DNA from: Eledone cirrhosa
Taxonomy: Eukaryota
Length of the DNA stretch: 64,000 nt
NCBI GenBank assembly: GCA_964016885.1
Contig: OZ024741.1
Coordinates: 91,078,001-91,142,000 of the forward strand
Direction of reading: 5' to 3'
Part shown: positions 51,833 to 64,000 of the stretch, piece by piece
How the letters are laid out: the number at the start of each line of letters is the position of its first letter
How positions within the stretch are numbered: the stretch's first letter is position 1
Notes under the pieces: model-generated
Told to the model about the DNA's origin: nothing
The model's input: only the letters and a program-made list of their open reading frames with translations
The model's database searches: none
Program-made: the position numbers and the translations under genes

Positions 51833-53009
51833 GTAAGTTATTCTTGCAACATTTGTGTCAATTTATGTTTCAACATTTTGCTGCCAAAATAAATACCCTG
51901 TTTACTTAGAACTCCATTTTTAATACAAATCTCTTCCAGCCCACGCATATTCCACCTCAGCTCCATCAGTAAATTTCTTTGGATGCTAGCTTTCTTTAAT
52001 CTAAAGCCTGCAACTCTCCCATCTTTAAGTCTCTAGAATTACTTATCCACCATTAGTATCAAAATACTATCTCATCCACTAGGTATAATGCTAATCTGTA
52101 ATACAGCTGATAGAGTACTATTTGTTTTTTTAATGAATTTTCCTTATTTCTGTTTTTACTTTTGATAAATTCTCGTATTCCCATTTTCACAAATTCCAAT
52201 ATTTCTATTTTATTGTATTTTATGAGCAAATTGTAATACATTATACTATATATATTATCAAAACAGGGGAAACAAAATTGTTCTGCTGCAAGCCATAGAA
52301 AAGTAGTTTGTGGGCCGTGTGTTTGAGCCCTTGTTTCACGCTTTCATTACTGTATTTTACATAAAAGCACTGTAAATAATCAAGTATTTGAAGTGGGTTA
52401 GTAATATAACTAACTTAGTATTAGTGGATTGACAGAGTTGTTAGAGTGTCTGACAAATGTTTAGGAGTTTCTGTTCCAGTTCTTGACATTCTGAGTTCAG
52501 ATCCTGTCTAGATCAACTTTACCTTTCATCCTTTTCAGGTTGATAAACTAATGTACCAGTAAAGTACTGGGTCGATATAATCCACTTTCCCTTCTCCACA
52601 AACTGCCAGCTTTACACTGGGTAATTTGCTGGCCTTGTGCCTAAAGTAGAAACAATTATTAAGTTGATATTTATAATATAACTTAACAAAGGTTTTTACA
52701 TAAAATTATGGTGGAACCTTTTTAGACAAATATAAACACTTTAAAACAAACAATTTCATATCAGAACTAGAGGCAATTTCAGTGGTTTGGTATCAAAAAG
52801 GTTGTTCTAGTTCTGTTATGATTTTCACTATTCACCTCAGGTACATGATACATGCAAGAAAAATGACTACAAAGTGCATGGTACATGATGATAGAACCTA
52901 ACTGCAGTAGCGGGAATATATGAATCAAGTCTTTTAATGAGATCAAGATGTCAAGAGGGGATAAACTGCAAACCTCTCCAACATGGAGTGTGGATAGAAA
53001 CTCCAACAT

Positions 53010-53048
<39 letters not shown>

Positions 53049-53820
53049 CATCATCATCATAGAGTGATGGACTGTCAGTAACATTAGATTAAATACCTCA
53101 TGATATTTAGTTATAGCTCTTTACAATTTGAATACAAATACCTCCAAGGTTGACTTTGCCTTTCATCCTTCTTTTTTTCCATCCATGCCAGCATAGAAGG
53201 TGGATGTTGAATGATGATGATGATGATTTCATATTAGTCTATTTGTGACCATTTGATATTTCCTATCTTACTCAATGTAAGAAACCCACCATTTTGTTGT
53301 GTAAATTAAAAAAGACATTCTGTCAGTTGGTAGTAGTGGTGCCATGGAAAAACAAACCCAGTACACACTGGGAAGTGGTTGGCATTAGGAAGGGCATCCA
53401 GCCATAGAAGCTATGGCAAAATGGAATGTATGAGTAAGAATGTCTGATCTGCCTGTCTAACTCAGAGCATGACAGCCCATCTAATCCATGTGAGCATTGA
53501 AAATTAACATAAAATGGTGATGATGATACCATTAGAGTGGGAAATGTTCAGTGGTATTTCCTCTGGCTATTTACTATCCAAGTTCCCATTCTGCTGAGAT
53601 CAATATTTTGGATTTAATAAAATAAAGTACTAGTCAAGTACTAGAGTTGGTTTAAGCACCTCCCCCCCATTTGCTGATATTTTGCCTAGATTAAAAACTA
53701 ACCAAAAATTTCTTGCTATCTAATTTAAATTCTATTTCATTTTCATTTATTTTTATACATATTGAAGCAATTTTGTTATAATTAAACTTTAACATATATT
53801 TCATGATAATTTTTTTCTAG

Positions 53821-53883
53821 TCACCTTGTTGTCTTCCATCTGAACTACATCAATGTTTTGTGAAATTTGATATTCTTAATCGT
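53821..53883 (+). CDS. HEATR3: HEATR3 exon 13
   Basis: ttttctAG|SPCCLPSELHQCFVKFDILNR|GTAAGT. Matches SP.CL..E.H. Confidence 0.9.
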
Positions 53884-53967
53884 GTAAGTAATAAGTGATC
53901 AGCTTCCTTGATACACTGCTTTTTATATTTTTCTTAGTGTCTGTATGTGTGTGTATATAAATATATA

Positions 53968-54070
53968 CAGGGTGTCTCCCAAAATATATACACACTTTGA
54001 TTACTTACACAGGCAATATTTATAAAAAAAAATGCACAGCCTATGTGTATATATTCTTTTGGGACACCCC
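53968..54070. mobile_element. Tc1-type MITE
   Basis: TA|cagggtgtctcccaaaa ... ttttgggacaccc terminal inverted repeats. Confidence 0.55.
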
Positions 54071-54213
54071 CCTCCTCTCTTTCTACTCTTTTACCTGTTC
54101 CAGCCATCTAGCTGAGGCCATGCTGGGGCACCACCCTTGGCCTCTATATATACATATATGGAAAATGGACGTTAAACGGTGATGATGATGGTGATATAAT
54201 ATATATATATATA

Positions 54214-54366
54214 AACACTCCTCTCATGTACCTCACATATGACTTGGAGATGCTTGACTTCAATGACCTCGACTGTAAATTTGAAGTCATATTAATTGAG
54301 CCACCTTTGGAGGAATACCAGTGATCTCACGGGGTCATACATGACAAATATTGAAGTTGGCATGAG
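54214..54366 (+). pseudogene. METTL14: METTL14 (m6A writer subunit) exon fragment with two stops
   Basis: [49 protein letters not shown]|GT aligns by eye with METTL14 NTPPMYL.AD...FD...L..KFDVILLEPPLEEY...W.W.. and carries the diagnostic EPPL motif. Confidence 0.85.
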
Positions 54367-54401
54367 GTGAATGTTATTGTTTTTCCTATTATTGGCTTCT
54401 G

Positions 54402-54613
54402 AACCCTTTAGCATTTAAACCAGCCGTATCCAGCCAGAATTCTCTCACTTCTTTTGGTTCAAACCGGCTGTAACTGGCGGCTCATACTGATGTTAAGGTA
54501 TTGTTCTCGAAATAAATAATATCGAAATCTCATAGATTTGATATTATGTGAGATAAAGCCTTTACTGTGAAAATATAATAATAAATATAGAGTAATGTAA
54601 ATGCTAAAGGGTT
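54402..54613. mobile_element. piggyBac-like MITE
   Basis: 16-bp perfect inverted repeat aaccctttagcattta / taaatgctaaagggtt. The right end reads GGG|TTAA. Confidence 0.6.
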
Positions 54614-54734
54614 AAATACTTTATCACAACATAAAAAGATAAAACTACTATACCATGATATATTTTGTATGACGCTCAACTGATTCTGCTATCCATTTGC
54701 CCTTGGAATGGTGTATTTGGTATATATATATTTA

Positions 54735-55320
54735 TATAATCTGACTATCAACACTATCAGACTCAACTGCTTAGTTTAACTTAGCTCTGTCCAGCTCAAC
54801 TTAGTTTGGCTCAACTTAGCTCTGTCCAGCTTGGCTTAGCTTAAATCTGTCCAGCTCGGCTTGGCTCTGGGATCGGATCTTGGATTCAACATCAGATCTG
54901 ATATCTGTATGATTAGTCAACACTCAGACTGCCTGTATTATCGGATCTGATCTTGCATTGGATCTGATATCTGTATTATTAGTCAACTCTATCAGATTGC
55001 CTGTATGTTACGGCCCTTGCCATTCTGAGTTCAAATCCCGTCGAGGTTAACTTTGCCTTTCATCCTTACGGGGTTGATAAAATAAAGTACCAATAATACA
55101 CTGGGTAATTGCTGGCCAAAAGTAGAAACAATTATTAGTCAACACTATCAGACTGCCTGTATTATCAGATCTGATCCGGGATCGGATCTGATGTCTGTAT
55201 CAGTTAACACTATCAGACTGCCTGTATAATCGGTTCTGATCCAGGATCAGATCTGATATCTATTATATTTGTCAACACTATCAGACTGCCTGTATTATTA
55301 GATCTGATCTGGAATCTGAG
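54735..55320. repeat. Imperfect ~60-67-bp tandem repeat with an inserted SINE (55015-55130)
   Basis: Recurring aacactatcagactgcctgtattatcagatctgatcc.ggatcggatctgatatctgtat. Confidence 0.7.
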
Positions 55321-56094
55321 CATCGGAAATGTAAAGTGGATTATGAGCATCGTAAATGTAAAGTATCTTGCTCAAGGATACAACACACTGCTTGTTCCAG
55401 GAATCAATTGAGCTCACAACCTCAGTCATGAGTCTACTACCCTTACATTTTAAAGTGTGGACTGGGGACTTAGGTGGTGAGGTGCTTGGGGATTGGGGAA
55501 TTAGATAAAGGAGCATGGGTAAGGGGTGGGGTGTTACGACATGAGAGGTGTATGAAAGGGGTGTTGCATATTCTAAACAAAGCATAGATAGAAAATATAT
55601 GTGAAAAAGAGATCAGAAGATAGAATATTTTTGAGTTTTGATTGAAATCATAGTAAAATGACTGTCAGGAGAACTAGTGAGCCTAAAAAAATGGAATGAT
55701 ATATATATATATATCCATCCATACCCTTACATTATAGACAGACATGCAAATAAGAAATCAATACTATAGTAGAGATTAATAATTATTTTAAGGTCAAGTC
55801 ATCATATTTGTTGTACTTTTCATATTTTTGGCAGGGCTTTTCTGATTGGATTATCTTCATATCACCAACCACTTTACAGCATGGAATGGGTGCATTATTC
55901 GTGCCACCAGCACTTAAGAAGTTGTCTTGCTCAACTCAAAAGTCTTCTCCACCCTGTATCAGTTTTTAATTGGAGTCATTGCCTTCACTCTGGCTAATAG
56001 AGTCCATCTCTGCACCATGTGGTCATATTTAATCATTTTTCTCCCTTTTAATCGGAGCCACAGTGCTAAACATGCTATAATCATGAGTGATATA

Positions 56095-56740
56095 AACCTT
56101 TTCACATCACAGGAAGGGTCCATAGAAGTGGTTGGTAGCTTCTATTATCTAGGTGACTTAATTAGCAGTGGAGGAAGGTGCTCTGAGAGCATAATAACTA
56201 GAATAAGGCTAAGATGGAAGAAGTTTAGAAAGCTACTCCCACTGTTGACAACAAAAGGTTTCTTCCTACGTACAAAAGGATGATTATATGGTGCCTGTGT
56301 GCGAAGTGCCATGTTGCATGGTAGTGAAAAATGGTCATTGACTGCAGAAGATATGCATAGACTGGAGAGAAATGAAGCAACCATGCTTCGTTGGATGTGC
56401 AATGTAAGTGTGAGAAAAAGGCAGAGCTTGGGTGAACTGAGGAAGAAGCTGGGTTTAAGAGGAATCTGAGGTGGTGTGTAGGAGAAAAGACTGTTGGTAT
56501 GGACATGTGATGTGCATGGATGATGATTGATGGGTGAAGAAGTGCCAGGAAATGCCAGTGGAAGGAAGCTGCAGTAGAGGTAAACCAAGAAAGACATAGG
56601 CAGAGATGGTGAGAGCTGATCGCAAATCGTTGAGACTTACAGAAGAGATAATGAAGGAACGCAGTGAGTGGAGAGATGCTTTGCTGAGAAGGACCCATCC
56701 AACCCATGCAAGCGTAGAAAAACGAATGTAAAAATGATGA
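56095..56740 (+). mobile_element. RTE 3' fragment
   Basis: EGSIEVVGSFYYLGDLISSGGRCSES...WKKFRKLLPLL followed by the 3' tail. Confidence 0.8.
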
Positions 56741-57783
56741 TAAAATCAAGGTCCTGTTATTCTGGAGTTTTGCTTGGGTATTCACCGGGTCGTCAGATAA
56801 GACGAGATGGCAGACAACAAAATATTGTGTCACTGTTCTTAAAGGTTTAGAAAAGACAGATTGATGCAGTCACTTGTCCTGCTAAAAATAGCAGACAAAT
56901 CTTCAAATCACACTCTACTCTCTTAAAATAGGATGCATTGTACAATGTAATCCAAGACATACTAAAAGAAGCATTCATGACTGGAGTAATTTATTCACAG
57001 GTTTCTTTGATCAGTGATGACTTTGGGGTAAACGACAATAGATTTCTGCTAATGAGTACCAGTTTTTGCTGAGAGTTTAACTCTACAATGTACTGGTGTC
57101 CTGTTCAGAGGCAGCCTTGTACTCTCAGTTGCTTAATGCCAATGAAACTGGGATAAGCACTGACCTGATGAGCCTCTGGGCTTGGGAGAGACTTTAAATT
57201 TTTGTTAATTGGATAAGACTTAGTAAGTGTTTTATCAACTTGATATCCTGCAGTACAATCTATTAGATAAATAAAAACCTCTAGTATACTCTCTAGGACA
57301 CAACATATAACAGACTTTATGTCTGGTTAGTTTGTATCTGAGAGTGAACCTGGAGAAAGTATAATAATAATGAATTACTCTACATTTTCATTGGTCCTTA
57401 TATTTTGGGATAAAATCCCTTCATCAAAAGAATAATTGAGGAAATTAATTTGGAACAGGATATCTATTGTCGCTCTTCAGATTCCATTTTTGAATTTCAA
57501 ATTCAAAATTAACAGTTTAAGAGTGACAGAAAAGTACCTGCTTCAAATTAGTTTCCTTGGTTATTTTTTTTTATGAAGGGATTTTATCCTGAAATATAAG
57601 GACCAATAAAGAACTGCAAGGTAGCATCCCAATATCTTTGTTATATTTTTAGCAATTAATGTCCTATTTGCATTGTGGTAGTCTTCTAATAAATCACTAT
57701 TCTCTATATTTTTATGTTTATTATGTAGATTAATCTCCTATGTGATTTTCTTTTATTAGATTGATAATCTCTTTTGAAACTAG

Positions 57784-57860
57784 GTTTTAAAGAAAGTTGA
57801 ATGTCCTCCATTGTCAGTCAGTTGCCCTTTGAATACACCAAACAAAAAGATTGCCAAATG
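57784..57860 (+). CDS. HEATR3: HEATR3 exon 14
   Basis: aactAG|VLKKVECPPLSVSCPLNTPNKKIAK(C)|GTTTGT. Phase 0-2 fits both neighbours. Confidence 0.75.
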
Positions 57861-59218
57861 GTTTGTATATTTTTGCTGTTGTTTGCTACCAAATTCCACT
57901 ATGGTCGAATATGTCTTTAATCCTTCCAAGATTGATAATATAATGTACCAGTCATGCATGAAGTTCAATTTAATCTACCTCCCTGAACATTTTTAGTTTT
58001 ATGTCTAAGAAATTGTTATTTTCAAATACCACTCTCCCTTACTATCACCCCCACTCTCTTGCTATCCATCACGTACTCTCTTACCATCACCCATCTCTCT
58101 TGCTATCCTTCAATACTTCAGTCTCTGTCTCACATTACTCCTTCTTACATAACTCTTTCTTGACATACATCATTCCCTCACTTCCAATATTTGGTCTTTC
58201 ATTACTCTATCATGCTCTGTCATTCCCACTTCCTCTACCATGCCCCATATGTTGTTTTTTCTAGTCAATCTCACCAACAACCAATAAAGAAAGTACCAGA
58301 CCAGTGCTGGTGCAGCCCTCTCCCTTTCCAGTTTTCAAAAGGAAGGAAGGTTAAGATGGTGTCTGTTTCTGCTCATGACTGCATAGACACTGAAAACTCT
58401 TAGCAAAAGCATGGTACATACTACCAAATCATACTTGATTGCAAGTAATGGCTATAGTTTTTCTTAACCTTTTAATTCTATAATATGGTTTTCTTATCTT
58501 GTCTTTTGGAGTTTTATATTAATTTCTCCTAGCACACATGACATGGTTGGTATCTACTTACTAATGGATCCACTTTCTATCGATAATCTGAGGTTGAAGA
58601 ATGGAATTTGTTGTCAGCCATGCAGACTGTGACAAAAACGTTAAATGCCTGGTTTATTGGTACAACATAACAAGTGTATTAAAGTAGTCATATATTTGTT
58701 AACTTTTCACACTTAGCTATTATTTGCATATATAATCTTGTGTTTCTGGTTTATAACTCATAAGAAACAAGATGGCTCATTTTAAGGATTTATCATTTTT
58801 GAAGTTCTGTCAACCAATATCCAATGTGATAGAACTGACCAGGAATACCAACTCCAAACTCTCATTGACAGCTTCTTTATAATGGTAAATCTAATTTGTT
58901 TATCAAGAAACCTTGATATCATTAGTGTTACAAGCAGAAGCAGATTAAACTTGCATGGATGTCCCTGGCTGAGTTTTTTTATCCTGAAAGACCAATGCAG
59001 TTCACATACCAGTTTTGGACACAATTTCTGCAAGAAAGGTATCGGAAATATTTGTTGTTACATGAACATGACACTTTGTATCAGAGTTTGTTTATAATAT
59101 GTGGGATTGACCTAAATTGATACAGAAATTAGAAACAAGATTGTCCTTTCATATCTGTTTTATTTTTTGTAAATTACTTAAGTTGTAAAATAGTTTTAAA
59201 TCTTATTTTTTCTTGTAG

Positions 59219-59355
59219 TCTTTTTCAACTGCGTGTCCATGCTTTACTCAGTGTTGCTAATATTATCTCTGCACTTAATATTGAAACTATTGGTGGAATT
59301 GAGCGATTGCATAGCATTTGGACTGGACTTGTTAGTATGTGCCATGTGCAGCCAG
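59219..59355 (+). CDS. HEATR3: HEATR3 exon 15
   Basis: ttgtAG|(C)LFQLRVHALLSVANIISALNIETIGGIERLHSIWTGLVSMCHVQP(D)|GTAAAC. Matches AL.CL..L.S.LD.E.LGG...L. Confidence 0.9.
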
Positions 59356-59413
59356 GTAAACATATTTCACGTCTTACATTTACTCATGACTTATCTTTAC
59401 TCAAATTTCTTAT

Positions 59414-59845
59414 ACACCCAACACATCCTGTAAAGTGGTAGTGCTGGTGCCATGATAACATGCACCCAGCACATTCTGTAAAGTGGTAGTGCTGGTGCCA
59501 TGATAACATGCACCCAGCACATTCTGTAAAGTGGTAGTGCTGGTGCCATGATAACATGCACCCACCACATTCTGTAAAGTGGTAGTGCTGGTGTCATGAT
59601 AACATGCACCCAGCACATTCTGTAAAGTGGTAGTGCTGGTGCCATGATAACATGCACCCAGCACATTCTGTAAAGTGGTAGTGCTGGTGCCATGATTACA
59701 TGCACCCACCACATTCTGTAAAGTGGTAGTGCTGGTGCCATGATTACATGCACCCACCACATTCTGTAAAGTGGTAGTGCTGGTGCCATGATTACATGCA
59801 CCCAGCACATTCTGTAAAGTGGTAGTGTTAGTTCCATGATAAAAT
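59414..59845 (+). repeat. 48-bp minisatellite (~9 copies) derived from the RTE 3'UTR repeat
   Basis: Unit tgcacccagcacattctgtaaagtggtagtgctggtgccatgataaca. The same motif occurs in RTE 3'UTRs, e.g. 22020-22170 and 53330-53380. Confidence 0.9.
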
Positions 59846-60718
59846 GCAAATACTGGGTCAATTTAATCAACTGATTCTCCCCCCCCCCCCCCCCCCACAC
59901 ACACACACATCCTTCTCCAATTTCTATCCTTGTTAGAAATGATTATTTACCTTCCTCAGAGTGACAACACAACTATTGTAGCTATAGTAGCAAGGTTGGA
60001 ACTTTTAACCATATAATCAGTAGCTTAACATCTGAACTTTACATATGCTGAGAAATATAGTAGAGTTTAATGTCAGAATGTGGTGGTGGTATCACGAGAA
60101 AACAAACCTGGTACTAAGTGAGAAAAATGGAGTAGAAAGAACTGATTCTTCATCTGAAAATTCATTAATAAATACTACTAGATGTATTGAGTATTTCTAT
60201 GTACTTATACTTGTGTTGGTGCCATGATAAAATATATCCACATACCCTGTAAAGTATAAGTGCTGGAGCCACAATAAAATGTACTCAGTCGACTCTTGGT
60301 TGGTGTTACATAAAACATTCAATATACCCTATAAATTGGTTGGCATTAGTAAGGGTTTGCAACCATAGAAAGCATGCCAGATATGGTACAAGGTGAGATT
60401 GCACTAGCACTACCACTTTACAGAGTAGACTGGATGCATTTTATTTTGACACCAGCACTTCCACACACACATATATATATATATATGTGTGTGTATATGA
60501 AAAAGATATCGTTGTTTTACAAAAGCAATATAAAAGATTGGAAACATAGGTGAAGTTAAAACAGTTCAAAACACAGTAATTTATTATAACAAACAGTACA
60601 AAGGGTTATGTTTAACTACTTCTTTGAAATACTCTTTTCAAACAAGCATGTGTACAAAATCCTACTTTGCTGATGAGTAAATCATTTGTCCTGTTTTTTT
60701 TTTCTTTTAATGTATCAG

Positions 60719-60813
60719 ATTCAGAGCAAAATTGCGATGTTGATTATTTAGAAGCTGTGAGCAGTGCTTTGTCAGCTGTGGCTCAGACATTTGCAGAGTG
60801 TAAAACTTTTAAG
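60719..60813 (+). CDS. HEATR3: HEATR3 exon 16 (gene continues beyond the window)
   Basis: tatcAG|(D)SEQNCDVDYLEAVSSALSAVAQTFAECKTFK|GTGAGT. Matches DFLEA.SSAL.A..QT. Confidence 0.92.
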
Positions 60814-62164
60814 GTGAGTGAGAACCTGAACCAGGAAGTTTTTCTAATTTCTCTGGAACTGACATAACTTGTGCTAAGATATGTTAGTTTAAGTTAGTTA
60901 CAACTAATGTGCATTAATAGATGTTATATTTTAATGTTTTATATTAATCATCTCATGACTTCATTGGATAACACCCAACTCAATATTGATCCAGTATGCT
61001 TATGATCATACATTATCTTTTTATTTATTCAAATGTATCATAATCATCATCGTTTAATGTCTATTTTCCATGCTAGCATGGGTTAGACAAGTTGTTCTGG
61101 TGTTGTAAGACAAGTCGGATTAGGTGACCATGTCTTGCTCATGCAGAACTTCCTGGTTTGGTTTCTATGGCTAGATGGCTAGATGCCAAACACATTTACA
61201 TCACAAACTATATTATGTTGTACAAACCACAAACTGGCATCAATGTATGCTTATATGGAACTTGCCCAAGATAACAACTACAATTGCTCAAAGATGGTTA
61301 TGATTTGCAGGTCATTACTGGAGAAGTAAGCAGGAAGTTATACACAAGCAACTTTTGTTGGAACTAACTTATGGGAGATGCAATAGAGGAAGACCTGCTT
61401 GAACATTCATCGATCACTTCTCAGGTGATAGAAACCTCAGTAGGGAGCAGTTGCCAGGAGCAATGGAAGATCATGAATTGTGGTGAGATTTTATTAGGAA
61501 TGTTTGACTGTGGATGCAATGATGATGATATTATCCAATGTAGTCTTCCTTTTTTAAGAGGGTAAGATGTGACCTGTGACATGAGGGAGATGTGGTTGCT
61601 ATGTCTTGCAGATTGAGTCATCACACAGAGATCTATTCATTTTTAATACTGGATTTTCTTTGTTTTACATTCAGCTGTTTTATTGTTAGCCAAGCAAACT
61701 GGAATTTCCAATGCCCATATACTGTGCTCTGTGTTTGTGTGTGGGTTGTATTGGGGAGTGAGCAGTGTAATAATTTCTTTATTTCTATTGTTTATTTATT
61801 TTATAGACGTGGGCTACAGGGTAGAAATGGGATCCATAAGCCGTAATGAAGGCAACCCGTCTAGGAAGGCAGTAACTCTGATTAAAGACTACTGTATGGG
61901 GTAGACATGGGCCACATAAGCCATAGTGAAGCAACCTGTCTAGGAGAGCAGACACTCCAAATAAAAACTAACACAGGGTGGAGAGATCTCTTGAGTCCAG
62001 TAAGACAACCTCTCTAGTGCTGGTGGCATGAATAATGCACACAGTTCACGCTGTAAGGTGGTTGGTTGTAGGAAGATCATGCAGCCAGAAAAACCCTGCC
62101 AAAATATGAACAGTATGACAAACATACTGGGCACAGTATAATGGCTTGCAGTAAAATTTATGAC

Positions 62165-63325
62165 ATCATCATCATCATCATCATCATCACCGTTTTACGT
62201 CCGTTCTTCCACGCTAGCATGGGTTAGACGGGTTGTCCTGTTGTGGGCAGTGTCTGGTCGGCTGACCATGCCTTGCTCATACAGGAACTGATTTGGCTTG
62301 ATTTCTACAGCTGGATGCCCTTCCTAACACCAACCTCATTTACAGTGAGTGCTGGGTGCTTTTTCGTGGCACCTACACGTCCACTTTACAGTGTGGGCTG
62401 GGTGCTTTTTTGCCGTGGCACCTCCACGACCACCTTGCAGTGGGGGGTGTGGGGGCATATTGTCTATATGCTTCAGCTTGTACCCATGGGAGGTCGGGTA
62501 CTCTGTATTACTGCGTGACGCCAGAGGTCTCGGTCGTGTGTCATCGCCTTTGAGAGGTGTAATTGGGTAAGGTCGGCTTTTATCACCTCATCCCAGGTCA
62601 TCTTGAGTCTCCCCTCTCCGTGGTTTCCATCGACTTCTAGTGCTCTGCACCTTTTTATGCAGCTGTCATCCTTCATACGCATCACATGTCCATACCAACG
62701 CAACCGCCTCTCCTGCACACAGCATTTGATTCCTCTTATGCTCAGTCTCTCTCTCAATTCATTTATGCTTTGTTGTTCGCGTATATTACTATTACACATC
62801 CATCGGAGCATGCAGGCTTTTGTTTCTCTCTAATCTACGTAAGTCTTCCACCTTCAGCGCCCAGGTCTCACTACCATGCAACATCGCTGTTCGGATACAC
62901 GCATCATACAGTCTGCCTTTCATTTTGAGGGAGAAGCCTTTTGCAGCTAGCAGTGGTAGTAGTTCCCTAAACTTCTTCCATCCCGTTCTTACCCTAGTTA
63001 TTGTACTTTCTGAACACCCACCTCCGATGCTAATTCGGTCACCTAGGTAGCAGAATCTGTCTACTGTTTCTACAGAACCCTCCCAGAGATTGGTGGTACT
63101 TGTTTCCTGTGGCTGTTTGCTGCTTGCTGTCCCAGCACAGCTGCTGCATGTGAAGCCTACATTCTTAATTAAGCATCCTGAGATCCCGCTACATCTCTTG
63201 TGTACCCATTGTTTGCATTTGGGGCAGAGAATGGAGTTCCTACACCTTTCCTACATACTGAGCAAGGCCATTTCCCTGAGGGGATCTGGGTTCTGTTTTC
63301 TTGTCTACTTACAAGGACCTTAGTC
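62165..63325 (-). mobile_element. RTE LINE 3' fragment, near-identical to 39690-40845
   Basis: Same 3'UTR and ORF end (HAVIQ.TRPPMGTS) and the same frameshift near GVG. Confidence 0.92.
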
Positions 63326-63329
63326 ATAT

Positions 63330-63760
63330 AAACTTTTATTTATTCGACAAATTTCAATTCATTTATATAATGTTTGCAATAACAAAAAGAAAAAGAGGGA
63401 AAAAAATGAAATAACGAAAGTACGGAAAAGGTTTAGGGGAAGGGAAGGGAGAAAGGCAATGTTTAAATAAAAGAAGAGAAGAAAAAAACTGCGTGGAAAC
63501 TTAAGAAGGAATACCAAACAGTACTAAAAAAAACAAAACAAACAAATCCTCGTTTAAAACAGTAAAGAAAATGTAAAGGAAGGGGTGAACAACCGAGCCA
63601 ACGCCAGAGTAAAAGACAGCAGTGAGGGGTACTTGGCGACCTCTCAAATGACTTTTGAGGCAAGCCAGCACACTCGCAGTGTTGCCTCGGGTGATGGCGA
63701 GGCTAATGCGCTGAAAACTATAAACTATTTGTCAAATACCTTAACCATTCTGACATTGTA
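63330..63760 (-). mobile_element. CRE-like element 3' end
   Basis: Minus translation FQRISLAITRGNTASVLACLKSH followed by a T-rich 3'UTR and aataaa. Confidence 0.6.
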
Positions 63761-64000
63761 CTTGGTCGTATGTGATGAGGGATTCTTGACAAATTACTAG
63801 TGAGTCAGGTTCAAATTGCTCTTGTCTTTCATTTGAATCCATTTCACTTAGGAAAGACAGTATTTCCTGCTAAGGTATGATTGTTTTTGTGCTTGAAATG
63901 AAAGACAGCTCACATCTATGTAGGTTTAGCTGGCCTCCTATGAGGTTGAATCTCATAGGTGGTTTTAATGATTGGGGCCCCAGTCATATCATGAAAAGTC

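Noticed and set aside
57160-57190. CTGATGAG motif (also at 38576)
   Set aside because: It is part of a SINE 3' region and has no downstream GAAA or stem III.
59397-59906. Repetitive 169-aa and 132-aa ORFs
   Set aside because: They are artefacts of a 48-bp (multiple of 3) tandem repeat.

Overview
AT-rich, repeat-dense animal genomic DNA. The mix of RTE LINEs with (ATG)n tails, two SINE families and TA microsatellites suggests an octopus-like cephalopod; this is inference, not a database result. The main host gene is a HEATR3 (Syo1-like) orthologue on the + strand. I traced 16 GT-AG exons with consistent phases from ATG 15110 to 60813, and the gene runs off the window. Most of the rest is transposon-derived: many RTE copies (one nearly intact), Penelope-like remnants, CRE-type RLE fragments, a Gypsy pol relic, Tc1/mariner relics, MITEs, a non-autonomous Helitron and SINEs. 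None of the long ORF-track ORFs are host genes. The most notable unannotated layer is about a dozen type I hammerhead-ribozyme motifs in Penelope-type terminal repeats. They include a tandem pair 279 nt apart (retrozyme-like) and an inverted pair in a ~760-bp foldback inside a HEATR3 intron. Other oddities: a 1.6-kb minisatellite made of copies of the exon-6 splice acceptor, a SINE whose target-site duplication regenerates the exon-7 acceptor, a decayed METTL14 exon inside intron 13, and a possible divergent minus-strand gene with micro-exons.
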